Origin: Alphaproteobacteria bacterium
GTDB taxonomy: Bacteria > Pseudomonadota > Alphaproteobacteria > Micavibrionales > Micavibrionaceae
Direction: 5' to 3'
Length of the DNA stretch: 64,000 nt
Assembly: GCA_009995595.1 (NCBI GenBank)
Contig: JAACPE010000003.1
Coordinates: forward strand, 12,871-76,870
Both the position numbers and the translations under genes were made by a program. Positions 47,897 through 56,767 of the stretch are shown piece after piece. Positions within the stretch are counted from its first letter, which is position 1; each line of letters opens with the position of its first letter. The notes below the pieces were generated by a model. The model did not search any database. It saw only the letters and a list, made by a program, of their open reading frames with translations, and was not told the origin of the DNA.

Positions 47897-47909
47897 TGTT
47901 GCGATGCAC
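47897..47909. promoter_or_regulatory. Second copy of the TGTTGC-NN-TGCAC motif, in the phaB2/phaE divergent promoter
   Basis: TGTTGCGATGCAC lies 50 nt upstream of the phaE ATG and is flanked by ATAT-rich sequence like the copy at 46431. Confidence 0.4.
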
Positions 47910-47958
47910 CATTATATGGTCTAAAGATAATTGAATAATTCTCAAAAAAGGAAACATC

Positions 47959-49053
47959 ATGTCAGAGGCAAAAAATTTTAATGCAAACGATATTCTTAAT
48001 TCACAACGCGCTTTTATGGAGGGCTGGCTGTCTATGATGGGGGGCGCGCCGTCACAAGCAAAAAATTCAGAAGAACAAAAAGATGGCAACTGGCATTCAT
48101 TTATGGCGCAGATCAGACAAGCTAGCCAGACTTATTTTGAGATGGCGCAGCGTTTTACATCACTTTCCAATGATAATCTATCTATTGATCAGATTGCACA
48201 GGATTGGATAAACCAAATGACAGCCCTCTTTTCAGGTATGATAAATCAACCCGCCCCCCGTGCGGAAGACATGATGAAAAATCCAAACAGTTTTTCTTTC
48301 CTGTTTCCATTTACAGGAAACGCCTTTAACAAAATCTATCGCTCAGGTGATTTTTCCGTCGTGCAAGGATTTTTCGAAGAACAGATAGAACAATATCTGG
48401 CCATGCCTTCCCTTGGCTATAACCGCAAGTCACAAGATGAATACAAAAAATTTATCGCGCTCATGATGTCATATCAAAAGACTACGAATGACTACAATAA
48501 GGCTATGGGGAAAGTCGGGTTAGAGGCGCTGGCGGCGTTTCAGCTGAAGCTGGTTCAGGAAATGAACAAGGAGGAGAAAAACCTCTCTTTAAAAGATATC
48601 TATGATCTTTGGACCATGGCAGCAGAAGAGGTTTACGGCGCCTATGTCGTCACAGAGGCTTACACGGTTCTTTACGGCCAGATGATCAATAGTATGATGG
48701 CGCTCAAGCAACAGGCATCCCTCATGATGGATGGTGTATTGGAGTCCATGAATATCCCGACCCGCACAGAGGTCGATACCCTCAGCAAAAAAGTTCACGC
48801 AATCAAAACAACTTGTGACCGCTTGATTCCCGATGAATTTGAAAAGATGCAACAGCAGATTGAAGCACTGCAAAAGCAAATGGGAGTAAAGCGGGCTGTG
48901 ATCAAAGCAGCGCCCGCAGCAAAACCAGGCGTGAAAAAGTCTACAAAGAAAATTGTTAAGGCATCGGCAAAAACAGCCGTAAAAAAAGCAGCGCCTAAAA
49001 ATCAGCCTGCATCCAGCAAACAATCCAGAAACACAAAAAAGAAAGGGAAGTAA
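47959..49053 (+). CDS. phaE: Class III PHA synthase subunit PhaE
   Basis: LAMPSLGYNRKSQDEYKKF and DLWTMAAEEVYGAYVVTEAYTVLYGQMINSMMALKQQ...MNIPTRTEVDTL align closely with my recollection of Allochromatium vinosum PhaE. The tail is Lys/Ala/Pro-rich. Confidence 0.8.
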   Translation: MSEAKNFNANDILNSQRAFMEGWLSMMGGAPSQAKNSEEQKDGNWHSFMAQIRQASQTYFEMAQRFTSLSNDNLSIDQIAQDWINQMTALFSGMINQPAPRAEDMMKNPNSFSFLFPFTGNAFNKIYRSGDFSVVQGFFEEQIEQYLAMPSLGYNRKSQDEYKKFIALMMSYQKTTNDYNKAMGKVGLEALAAFQLKLVQEMNKEEKNLSLKDIYDLWTMAAEEVYGAYVVTEAYTVLYGQMINSMMALKQQASLMMDGVLESMNIPTRTEVDTLSKKVHAIKTTCDRLIPDEFEKMQQQIEALQKQMGVKRAVIKAAPAAKPGVKKSTKKIVKASAKTAVKKAAPKNQPASSKQSRNTKKKGK

Positions 49054-49056
49054 TCC

Positions 49057-50127
49057 ATGATACAGTCCGGATATTTTAACCCTCAGCAATTGGCTCAGGA
49101 AATCACCAGCTTTAATCAGAAATTTGTAAAAGGCCTGGATAATCTGAAAAAAATTCAAAATATTCCTGCCGGTGTGACCGAAAAAGAAATCGTCTTTCAA
49201 AAAGACAAGGTGACACTGTATCACTACAAACCCCATATTAAACAAAAGCAAAAGAATAATCGTCCTCTATTAATTTGTTATGCGCTGGTGAACCGTCCTT
49301 ACATGACAGATATTCAGGAAAACCGCTCAACCGTTCGCGGATTGATGGAGGCAGGTCAGGATGTTTATCTCATTGACTGGGGGTATCCTGATCGAACAGA
49401 CAAATATCTGACCATGGATGATTACATCAACGGTTATCTTGATTTATGCGTCAAGGAACTATGCAAACGTCACAATCTTGACGCGATTGATCTTTTAGGG
49501 ATCTGTCAGGGAGGAGCGTTCAGCTTATGCTACGCCGCCATGCATCCGCAAAACATTCATAAGCTAATTACCATGGTAACACCGGTTGATTTTCATACGC
49601 CCGATAATACCCTGACGCACTGGATCAAAAATGTTGATGTGGATTTATTAGTCGACACCATGGGAAATATTTCTGGGGATGATATGAACTGGACATTTTT
49701 ATCCATGAAGCCGTTTGAGCTGATGGGGCAAAAATATCTGAACATGGTCGAAATTATGCAAGACGAGGCCACATTGCAAAATTTTATGCAGATGGAACAA
49801 TGGATCTTCGATAGCCCCGATCAGGCAGGCGAAACCTACCGCCAATTTATCAAGGATTTTTATCAAAAAAATCTCCTGATCAAGGGTGAGGTAAAAATCG
49901 GTGCTCATCAGGTGGATTTGAAAAATATCACCATGCCTGTCCTTAATATTTATGCCAAGGATGACCATCTGGTTCCACCCAGCGCGTCTATGGCGCTAAA
50001 AAAATATGTTGGAACAAAAGATTATACCGAATTATCATTCAATGGCGGTCATATCGGGATCTATGTCAGTGGCAGGGCGCAAAAGGAAGTTCCGCCCGCT
50101 ATCGGCAAATGGTTAAACGCAGCATAG
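49057..50127 (+). CDS. phaC: Class III PHA synthase catalytic subunit PhaC
   Basis: 356 aa with the lipase-box GICQGG. Long identical stretches to A. vinosum PhaC as I recall it (YALVNRPYMTDIQE, DVYLIDWGYPD, WIFDSPDQAGET, GGHIGIYVSG). Confidence 0.9.
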   Translation: MIQSGYFNPQQLAQEITSFNQKFVKGLDNLKKIQNIPAGVTEKEIVFQKDKVTLYHYKPHIKQKQKNNRPLLICYALVNRPYMTDIQENRSTVRGLMEAGQDVYLIDWGYPDRTDKYLTMDDYINGYLDLCVKELCKRHNLDAIDLLGICQGGAFSLCYAAMHPQNIHKLITMVTPVDFHTPDNTLTHWIKNVDVDLLVDTMGNISGDDMNWTFLSMKPFELMGQKYLNMVEIMQDEATLQNFMQMEQWIFDSPDQAGETYRQFIKDFYQKNLLIKGEVKIGAHQVDLKNITMPVLNIYAKDDHLVPPSASMALKKYVGTKDYTELSFNGGHIGIYVSGRAQKEVPPAIGKWLNAA

Positions 50128-50154
50128 AAAAAATCGGAAACAGGAAAGAGTGAT

Positions 50155-51333
50155 ATGAAATCTGTCTACATAGTTGAGGCTCGCCGCACGCCTATTGGAG
50201 CCTTTCAAAAAGGATTATCCTCTCTAACTGCTGCGGAGCTTGGCGCCAGCATTATTGAAGGTCTTTTGAATAAAACTGGACTAGATCCTGCGGCGATTGA
50301 GCTGTGTATCATGGGTCAGGTGTTACAGGCCGGATACGGGATGAACCCCGCCCGTCAGGCAGCCTTGAAAGGCGGCCTGAAACAGGAAACAACCGCTTAC
50401 ACCATCAATCAGGTTTGCGGGTCAGGCATGCGCAGCATTTTTGACGGAGCTGGGCAGATTATGACGGGGCAGGTTGACCTTGCGCTTGTCGGCGGTATGG
50501 AAAGTATGTCCCGCGCCCCCCACGTGGCGGAGCTGCGCCCAGGGTGCAAATTCGGCTCCGTTGAAATGAAAGACACCATGCTGATTGATGGCTTGTGGGA
50601 CATCTTCAATGATTACCACATGGGCATAACAGCAGAAAATCTTGCCGAAAAATTCGGCATCTCACGCGAGGCACAGGATCAATTCTCTGCCGACTCACAG
50701 ACAAAAGCAGCCAAGGCGCAATCCGAGGGACGCTTTCGGGATGAAATCATCCCCGTCACAATAAAAACCCGTAAGGAGGATATAGTCGTTACAGAGGATG
50801 AATCCATACGCGCCGATACCACAGCAGACTCCCTTGCGGCTTTGAAGCCTGCCTTTAAAAAAGATGGTACGGTAACAGCAGGTAATGCCTCCACGCTTAA
50901 TGATGGTGCTGCGGCTTTAATCCTTGCTAGTGAAGAGGCTATAAAAAAATATAATTTAACGCCTTTGGCGCGTATTGTATCAATTGGGCAGGCAGGGGTG
51001 GACCCTGCTATTATGGGTCACGGCCCTGTTCCTGCCTCCCGCTCTACTCTTGAAAGGGCTGGGTGGAAAGTCAATGATCTTGATCTGGTTGAGAGTAACG
51101 AGGCGTTTGCCGTTCAATCCTTGTGCGTTATGAAGGAAATGGACTTTGACCCGTCTAAAGTCAATGTCAATGGTGGCGCGATTGCCTTGGGCCACCCGAT
51201 CGGGTGTAGTGGATCACGGATTGTAGTCACACTTATTCATGAAATGCATAAGCGTAACGCGGCCAAGGGACTTGCGACTTTATGCATAGGCGGTGGAATG
51301 GGAATTGCGCTGACGGTTGAAATAGCAAAATAA
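50155..51333 (+). CDS. phaA: Acetyl-CoA C-acetyltransferase (beta-ketothiolase)
   Basis: Thiolase active-site Cys context [10 protein letters not shown] and the C-terminal [17 protein letters not shown]. Confidence 0.9.
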   Translation: MKSVYIVEARRTPIGAFQKGLSSLTAAELGASIIEGLLNKTGLDPAAIELCIMGQVLQAGYGMNPARQAALKGGLKQETTAYTINQVCGSGMRSIFDGAGQIMTGQVDLALVGGMESMSRAPHVAELRPGCKFGSVEMKDTMLIDGLWDIFNDYHMGITAENLAEKFGISREAQDQFSADSQTKAAKAQSEGRFRDEIIPVTIKTRKEDIVVTEDESIRADTTADSLAALKPAFKKDGTVTAGNASTLNDGAAALILASEEAIKKYNLTPLARIVSIGQAGVDPAIMGHGPVPASRSTLERAGWKVNDLDLVESNEAFAVQSLCVMKEMDFDPSKVNVNGGAIALGHPIGCSGSRIVVTLIHEMHKRNAAKGLATLCIGGGMGIALTVEIAK

Positions 51334-51423
51334 TACATCGCTTATATATTTTGCATCAGTCATGCTTATATTTATAAGACTTTGGGTAATATTGATTCAA
51401 CTTTAAGACAGCCAGTAATTTTC

Positions 51424-51840
51424 TTATTTTTCCATGACGATGTCGGCGGCTTCTATGTTGTTTTTACGTAAAAATGCCATGACATGAAGCAGTTTTTCTA
51501 TTGAAACCTCTTTGTCGCCTATAATCATGACTTTATTGTTACCTTGCGCTTTTTCTTTGAGAGCGGATTTAAAATCTTGCTCCCTTGTGAAGGACAAATC
51601 ATTGATTTTCCAGCCCTGATCGTCGGGCAGTAAAGTGACCGAGAGCAAATCAGGATCTTCGACTGCGCGTGTGATGGATTCTGGATCAGTTGGTAAATTC
51701 ACATCCATTGCGTAAGGCACGGCATTTGCCGTTAGGAGAAAAAACACAATCAACATAAACATCACATCCAATAAAGGCGTGAGGTCTGGCATGAGATCAG
51801 AAGCAATATTGCCCCGTTTTTGATTTGGAATATCAATCAT
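51424..51840 (-). CDS. exbD: ExbD/TolR-family biopolymer transport protein
   Basis: 138 aa with a single N-terminal TM helix (LTPLLDVMFMLIVFF). Overlaps the end of exbB. Confidence 0.85.
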   Translation of the reverse strand: MIDIPNQKRGNIASDLMPDLTPLLDVMFMLIVFFLLTANAVPYAMDVNLPTDPESITRAVEDPDLLSVTLLPDDQGWKINDLSFTREQDFKSALKEKAQGNNKVMIIGDKEVSIEKLLHVMAFLRKNNIEAADIVMEK

Positions 51841-52375
51841 TCAGCTGCGCGCCTTCGATTTTTAAGCTTTGTGCATTTAAGTGTTTTTGAAAAAGGCCAA
51901 GGCGTTTTTCGGCCATGCGGGTATATAAAAACGCCGCAAATAAACAAGGCAAGGCTATGGATAACCCATAAGCGGTAGTGAGCATCGCGCTCCATAAACC
52001 ATCGGCAATCATCGCGGGTACAACGGGCCCTGTTTGCCCTGCTATATCTTTAAAGGCCTTGATCATACCAAGCACCGTGCCTAATAACCCGACCATGGGA
52101 CTCAAAATAGCAATCAGGCGCAAAAAGTGAAGGCCATGGGTGAGTGTGGCCTGCAGATCCAAGAGACGAAAAGACATCAGCTCATCACGTACGGTTTTAT
52201 TTAAATGTTTATTAGCCTCTAATTCAGTGGTAAGCGCCATATAACTTTCAGATTTGTGGAGCGCAGGAAGCCTTATAAAAAAAATAAAACGATCAACAAT
52301 AAGGATTGCCCCCATCAGCGATAGCCCCAAAAGGGGATAGAGCAAAGGGCCGATTTGTGTGATGATGTCGTTCAT
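51833..52375 (-). CDS. exbB: MotA/TolQ/ExbB proton-channel protein
   Basis: 180 aa with 3 TM helices and the conserved SPMVGLLGTVLGMI block. Confidence 0.85.
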   Translation of the reverse strand: MNDIITQIGPLLYPLLGLSLMGAILIVDRFIFFIRLPALHKSESYMALTTELEANKHLNKTVRDELMSFRLLDLQATLTHGLHFLRLIAILSPMVGLLGTVLGMIKAFKDIAGQTGPVVPAMIADGLWSAMLTTAYGLSIALPCLFAAFLYTRMAEKRLGLFQKHLNAQSLKIEGAQLND

Positions 52376-52400
52376 GATGCGCTTTCATTTTTAATGTGAC

Positions 52401-53039
52401 TTATTGGATTTTAAATTCAATTGGGATTTCAACCCAGCTTTGGGTGGCGCGGCCATTGATCATATAGGGATCAAACGACCATTTTTTAACCGCCTTTATC
52501 GCAGCTTGGTTAAGCAGAGCAAATTGGGATGGTGCGTGCAGTTTGATATCTTGACGCATTCCCTCTTCGTCGATGAGAACGTGTATTAAAACAACGCCCT
52601 CTTGGCGCATTTTTAAGGCGAGGTCGGGATATTCGGGCGCAACGCGGTGACCTGTTATAGTTCTATCGGATATAACGGGAATGGCTTGCGCTGTTATTAA
52701 TTCTGGCGGGGTGATGATTTCAGGTTCTGGCGTTGCTCTCACTGGCGGCGCGGCGGCAGGCTCTATTTTATTTAAAGATTGAGGTTCTGCAGGGGCAGGC
52801 TTTGGGGCTTTCGCGACTTTTTTCTTTTGAACTGGCTCTACTGGTTTTGCCGTTATGGGAGATACAAAACTAATACTTATATTAGTCGCCGTACTGAACA
52901 CGTCAGCGGGCATTATTTTTTGGTGAGGCGAGAAGGAAAAATACACAAACACAGCACTGTGCAACAGCAAAGCGGCCCCGATCGCAAGGATGAGCCGTGA
53001 TTTGTTGCCGTCGTTTAAAAATATATTATCCACAATCAT
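52401..53039 (-). CDS. tonB: TonB energy transducer
   Basis: N-terminal TM helix, a Pro/Ala/Lys-rich spacer (PVEPVQKKKVAKAPKPAPAEP) and a TonB C-terminal domain (YPDLALKMRQEGVV...). ATG at 53039 (a TTG lies at 53042). Confidence 0.8.
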   Translation of the reverse strand: MIVDNIFLNDGNKSRLILAIGAALLLHSAVFVYFSFSPHQKIMPADVFSTATNISISFVSPITAKPVEPVQKKKVAKAPKPAPAEPQSLNKIEPAAAPPVRATPEPEIITPPELITAQAIPVISDRTITGHRVAPEYPDLALKMRQEGVVLIHVLIDEEGMRQDIKLHAPSQFALLNQAAIKAVKKWSFDPYMINGRATQSWVEIPIEFKIQ

Positions 53040-53054
53040 CAAATAAACCTAAAT

Positions 53055-53073
53055 GAGAATGATTTTCATTATT
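53055..53073. promoter_or_regulatory. Fur-box-like site 1 in the tonB / receptor divergent promoter
   Basis: GAGAATGATTTTCATTATT matches the consensus GATAATGATAATCATTATC at 15 of 19 positions. Confidence 0.5.
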
Positions 53074-53110
53074 GACACTGTACCTGCTCGGTTTTATAAG
53101 TCCTCATTCT

Positions 53111-53129
53111 TGTATTGATAATCATTATC
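53111..53129. promoter_or_regulatory. Fur-box-like site 2
   Basis: TGTATTGATAATCATTATC matches the consensus at 16 of 19 positions, including 13 consecutive matches (GATAATCATTATC). Confidence 0.6.
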
Positions 53130-53176
53130 ATTTGCAAGTCTATATCACCGTTAACCATAAATTGGGGCCCATTCAA

Positions 53177-55399
53177 ATGACAAACACGACTAAAAAAGCG
53201 CTTTTACTGACGACAATTCTTACAACGTCAACCCTCAGTCAATTGGCGCACGCGCAAGATAACGTACAAAACCATGCAAACACGGTCATGGAACGCGTTA
53301 TGGTTATTGGCAGTGCAGATAGCGCAAGCGATCTTACTGGATCAGGCCAATTTATTGATAAAGAGACCCTTGATAAAAATAACTACACGGATATTAATCG
53401 CGTCTTGCGCCAAGTTCCCGGCGTCAACATTCAAGAAGAAGAAGGATACGGGAACCGCCCTAATATCGGCCTTCGTGGCGGACGCTCAGAGCGCAGCGCG
53501 GATATTACGCTTATGGAAGACGGCATCTTGATTGCCCCCGCCCCTTATGCGTCCCCATCTGCTTATTATTTTCCGCGTGTGAGCCGCATGGAAGCCGTTG
53601 AGGTCAGAAAAGGATCCAGCACAATTAAATTTGGCCCCCGCACAACAAGCGGCGCCGTGAATTTAATCTCAAGCTCTGTCCCTGAAACGCGCGAGATTGA
53701 GGGACTTGTGGGGTATGGCACGGATAACACAAAGCGCGTGCAAGGGCATTACGGCGATAGCGCCGCATTTGGATCAGGGAATATTGGGTTTGTGATTGAT
53801 GCCAGTCATGACCAAACGGATGGTTTTAAGTCCATTGATATTGTCGGCGGCGATACGGGATATTCGATCCAAGATTTGATGGGGAAAGTCAAAATCAGCA
53901 CTGACGAGGCGGCAGATGTTTACCAATCTCTTGAAGTGAAATTTGGCGCAACCGAAGAAGACTCAGATGAAACTTATTTAGGCTTAACGCAAGATGATTT
54001 CGATAATGATCCTTTCCGCCGTTATGCCTCAACCCAAAATGACAATATGGACGCAAGTCATCGTAGCTATCATATTCGACACTTTGCAGACTTTGGCAAT
54101 TTTGATGCAACGACCACATTATATCACAATCAATTTGCACGGAATTGGTACAAGCTTGACGACGTTACCATTGGCGGCGTTACGCGCAGTTTAGGCGCGG
54201 CACTTAATGATCCGACTTATCTTGCGGCGCTTCGCGGGGAAGCAAATTTAGACGGCAGCGCCGCCAATAATTTGACCATCCGGGCCAATAATCGGAACTA
54301 CTACGCCACAGGTATTCAAAGTGATTTAGCAACCCGATTTGCAACAGGTGACGTGGATAATTCATTAGAATTTGGCGCGCGTTATCATTACGACAAAGAA
54401 GATCGTTTTCAGAACGAGGATCTATACGCCATCAATAATGGCGTTATGGCGCTTACTAGAGAGGGCGCCCCTGGATCAAATGCAAACCGTCATGCCAGTG
54501 CTAAGGCAACTGCGCTTTACCTGCTTAATGAAATGTCTTATCAGAACTGGACGATTGTTCCGGGCGTGCGATACGAGTATATCGACTTAAAACGTGAAGA
54601 TTTCAACAATGGGCAAGTTATTGAAAGCTCTGTTGATGCACTTGTGCCTGGTATTGGTCTTGGCTATGCGTTTACTGACACATTTAGCATGTTTGGCGGA
54701 ATCCATAAGGGCTTTGCCCCCCCTGGACCAGGGAACGTCAATAATGATATCGAAGAGAGTATCAATTATGAACTTGGTGGGCGTTACAACGGACAAGGGT
54801 TGAACTTTGAGCTAGTCGGGTTTTTTAATGATTATTCGAACCTTTTGGGCGAATGTACGCTCTCTTCTGGCTGTTCAGGCGGCGCAACGGGCGATCAATT
54901 TAATGCGGGCGAAGTCGATGCCTATGGCGCCGAGTTTTCAGTTGGTTATGACGCCGCACCTCTGTTTAATATGTCACAATTTAGTCTGCCGCTTCATTTC
55001 AACTACACTTATACCAAGGCCGAATTCCAAAATAGCTTTGTCAGTGGATTTGATGAATGGGGCAATGTGACGGCAGGGGATGAATTGCCCTATATTCCTG
55101 AACATCAGTTCTTTGTTTCGGCAGGAATTGTGGCGCCGTTATGGGAGCTTAATGTATCGGGTAAATATGTAGATGAAATGCGTACCCAAGCAGGCACAGG
55201 GTCTATTGCACGTGGTCAAGGGACAGATTCTCATTTTATTGTTGATCTTGCAGGAGAGTACGAAGTGATAGAAAACACGCGCTTGTTTTTTACCGCTGAC
55301 AATATCTTCGATACAGAATATGTCGCATCGCGCCGCCCTGCAGGGGCTAGACCAGGCAAGCCAATGACGGCGCTTGCGGGTATAAAATTTGAGTTTTAA
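53177..55399 (+). CDS. TonB-dependent outer-membrane receptor (iron/siderophore type inferred from the Fur boxes)
   Basis: Start at ATG 53177 with signal peptide MTNTTKKALLLTTILTTSTLSQLAHA|QD. It has a plug domain (NIRGG-like GLRGGRSERS), a long beta-barrel and the C-terminal ...AGIKFEF. Confidence 0.9.
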   Translation: MTNTTKKALLLTTILTTSTLSQLAHAQDNVQNHANTVMERVMVIGSADSASDLTGSGQFIDKETLDKNNYTDINRVLRQVPGVNIQEEEGYGNRPNIGLRGGRSERSADITLMEDGILIAPAPYASPSAYYFPRVSRMEAVEVRKGSSTIKFGPRTTSGAVNLISSSVPETREIEGLVGYGTDNTKRVQGHYGDSAAFGSGNIGFVIDASHDQTDGFKSIDIVGGDTGYSIQDLMGKVKISTDEAADVYQSLEVKFGATEEDSDETYLGLTQDDFDNDPFRRYASTQNDNMDASHRSYHIRHFADFGNFDATTTLYHNQFARNWYKLDDVTIGGVTRSLGAALNDPTYLAALRGEANLDGSAANNLTIRANNRNYYATGIQSDLATRFATGDVDNSLEFGARYHYDKEDRFQNEDLYAINNGVMALTREGAPGSNANRHASAKATALYLLNEMSYQNWTIVPGVRYEYIDLKREDFNNGQVIESSVDALVPGIGLGYAFTDTFSMFGGIHKGFAPPGPGNVNNDIEESINYELGGRYNGQGLNFELVGFFNDYSNLLGECTLSSGCSGGATGDQFNAGEVDAYGAEFSVGYDAAPLFNMSQFSLPLHFNYTYTKAEFQNSFVSGFDEWGNVTAGDELPYIPEHQFFVSAGIVAPLWELNVSGKYVDEMRTQAGTGSIARGQGTDSHFIVDLAGEYEVIENTRLFFTADNIFDTEYVASRRPAGARPGKPMTALAGIKFEF

Positions 55400-55406
55400 A
55401 GGATGC

Positions 55407-56735
55407 TTAAATAAGGCTCTGTAATAAATCAGCGATAGAAGTATCTTGCTGCGAGAGGATAGAGATTTGTATGGATTGACGGGTTTGAAGGGAGATCATC
55501 TCTGCTCCCGCCTCGTTCAAATCCGTTAAGGTTAAATCCTCACTGCCGTTTTTGAGAGTGTTAATTGATTTTTGTGTAAAATCGAGCCGAGTTTGGATGA
55601 TGTTTAAATCACTCGCGATTGTGGCGTTATATTCGCGTAAAGTTTCCCGCGCCTCGCGCACTTGCCCGAGGGATGTTCTTAAACGGTTTAAGCTTTGAAA
55701 GCTGCGATCTGTCAAGCCAAGGCCGAGTGAAGTCCCATCTATCCCTTCCGTTTCAAGAAAATTTGTGCGCGGCGCGTTAAAATCTGTTCGAAGATCATCT
55801 GAATCAAGCAAATTAATGCCGCGATAACTGGCATCTTCGACCAGCGCATCAAGCTGATTGAGAATTTCATTATATTGAGCCTCATATTGCGCGGCGCGTT
55901 CCTGTTTGTCGCGGGGCAAAAGCACGTCATTGCCTTCAAAAAAAGTCACGTTAGTAAAGGTTGCGTTTCCATTGGCGGGCGCTGCGTCATGGTCATTGAT
56001 GAAGGTGATAAAGTTAAAATCACCTGTAAAAAACTGCCCCACGGGAATTTCAATTGAGACAACATCGCCAGAGCGATCATATTCAAAAGTTGGTTGAGGC
56101 GCGGCGTAAGAAATTCCGCCATTTTGTGTTCCGTTTAAGAAAAAGAAATTAGGGTTATTGGAAAAATTATTATCATTATCAAAGCCAATAGCAGAAATTT
56201 CCGGCAATATCGTGCTTTGATAATCAAACCTCAAAATCGTATTTTCTGTGATGGTGTATCCAAAATCAAGGCGCTTCCAGTTATTGCCCGAAAACGTGAT
56301 ATCTAAACCGCCATTGGCCAGCGACACTGTCCCGCCCCCGTCTTGAGCCCCTGCGTAAGGAATAAAATCAGCGATGCTGTCAGGGATAATTGTAGGTTCA
56401 GGTTCGCCGCCACTGGGAAAAAGTTCAATTTCAGCCTCAATCAATAACGCCTCTGCTTGATCAATCAGTTTTTGTACGGCGCGAATGGCGATGTCCGTTT
56501 CTTGTATCGTACGGGTACTTTGACCGATTGTATCAAGGAGCCTGTTTAAATCCGAGGCGGAGCTTGTTAAAGATTTAGCATTAAAAAAATTACTCGGGTT
56601 ATCAAGAGCTTTATTGACGTCTTTACCACTGGCAAGTTTAAGCTGCGTGGTGTCAATGTCACGCTGTACATTCTTAATTGCCGTGAGCTGTTTTGATTGA
56701 GCCCCCGACAGAATGTTGCCAATTTTGTTTATCAT
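55407..56735 (-). CDS. Flagellin-family protein 2 with a different inserted beta-sandwich domain
   Basis: The N-terminus (LASGKDVNKALDNPSNFFNAKSL...) and C-terminus (EDLTLTDLNEAGAEMISLQTRQSIQISILS) are of the same flagellin type as the 11189 gene. The centre (LDITFSGNNWKRLDFGYTITENTILRFDYQS...EISAIGFDNDNN...) is unrelated to the LamG insert. Confidence 0.8.
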   Translation of the reverse strand: MINKIGNILSGAQSKQLTAIKNVQRDIDTTQLKLASGKDVNKALDNPSNFFNAKSLTSSASDLNRLLDTIGQSTRTIQETDIAIRAVQKLIDQAEALLIEAEIELFPSGGEPEPTIIPDSIADFIPYAGAQDGGGTVSLANGGLDITFSGNNWKRLDFGYTITENTILRFDYQSTILPEISAIGFDNDNNFSNNPNFFFLNGTQNGGISYAAPQPTFEYDRSGDVVSIEIPVGQFFTGDFNFITFINDHDAAPANGNATFTNVTFFEGNDVLLPRDKQERAAQYEAQYNEILNQLDALVEDASYRGINLLDSDDLRTDFNAPRTNFLETEGIDGTSLGLGLTDRSFQSLNRLRTSLGQVREARETLREYNATIASDLNIIQTRLDFTQKSINTLKNGSEDLTLTDLNEAGAEMISLQTRQSIQISILSQQDTSIADLLQSLI

Positions 56736-56767
56736 ATTTTTTCTAAAACGCTTTTTAAATGCACTGT

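Noticed and set aside
47775-48089. 104-aa minus-strand ORF in the phaB2/phaE divergent region
   Set aside because: It overlaps the phaE start and the promoter region. It is Phe/Lys-rich from A/T tracts, with no supporting signal.
48589-49251. 220-aa minus-strand ORF spanning the phaE/phaC junction
   Set aside because: It is antisense to two genes with very strong homology-type motifs. Its Cys/Phe/Leu/His-rich composition is typical of the reverse frame of Lys/Glu-rich coding sequence.
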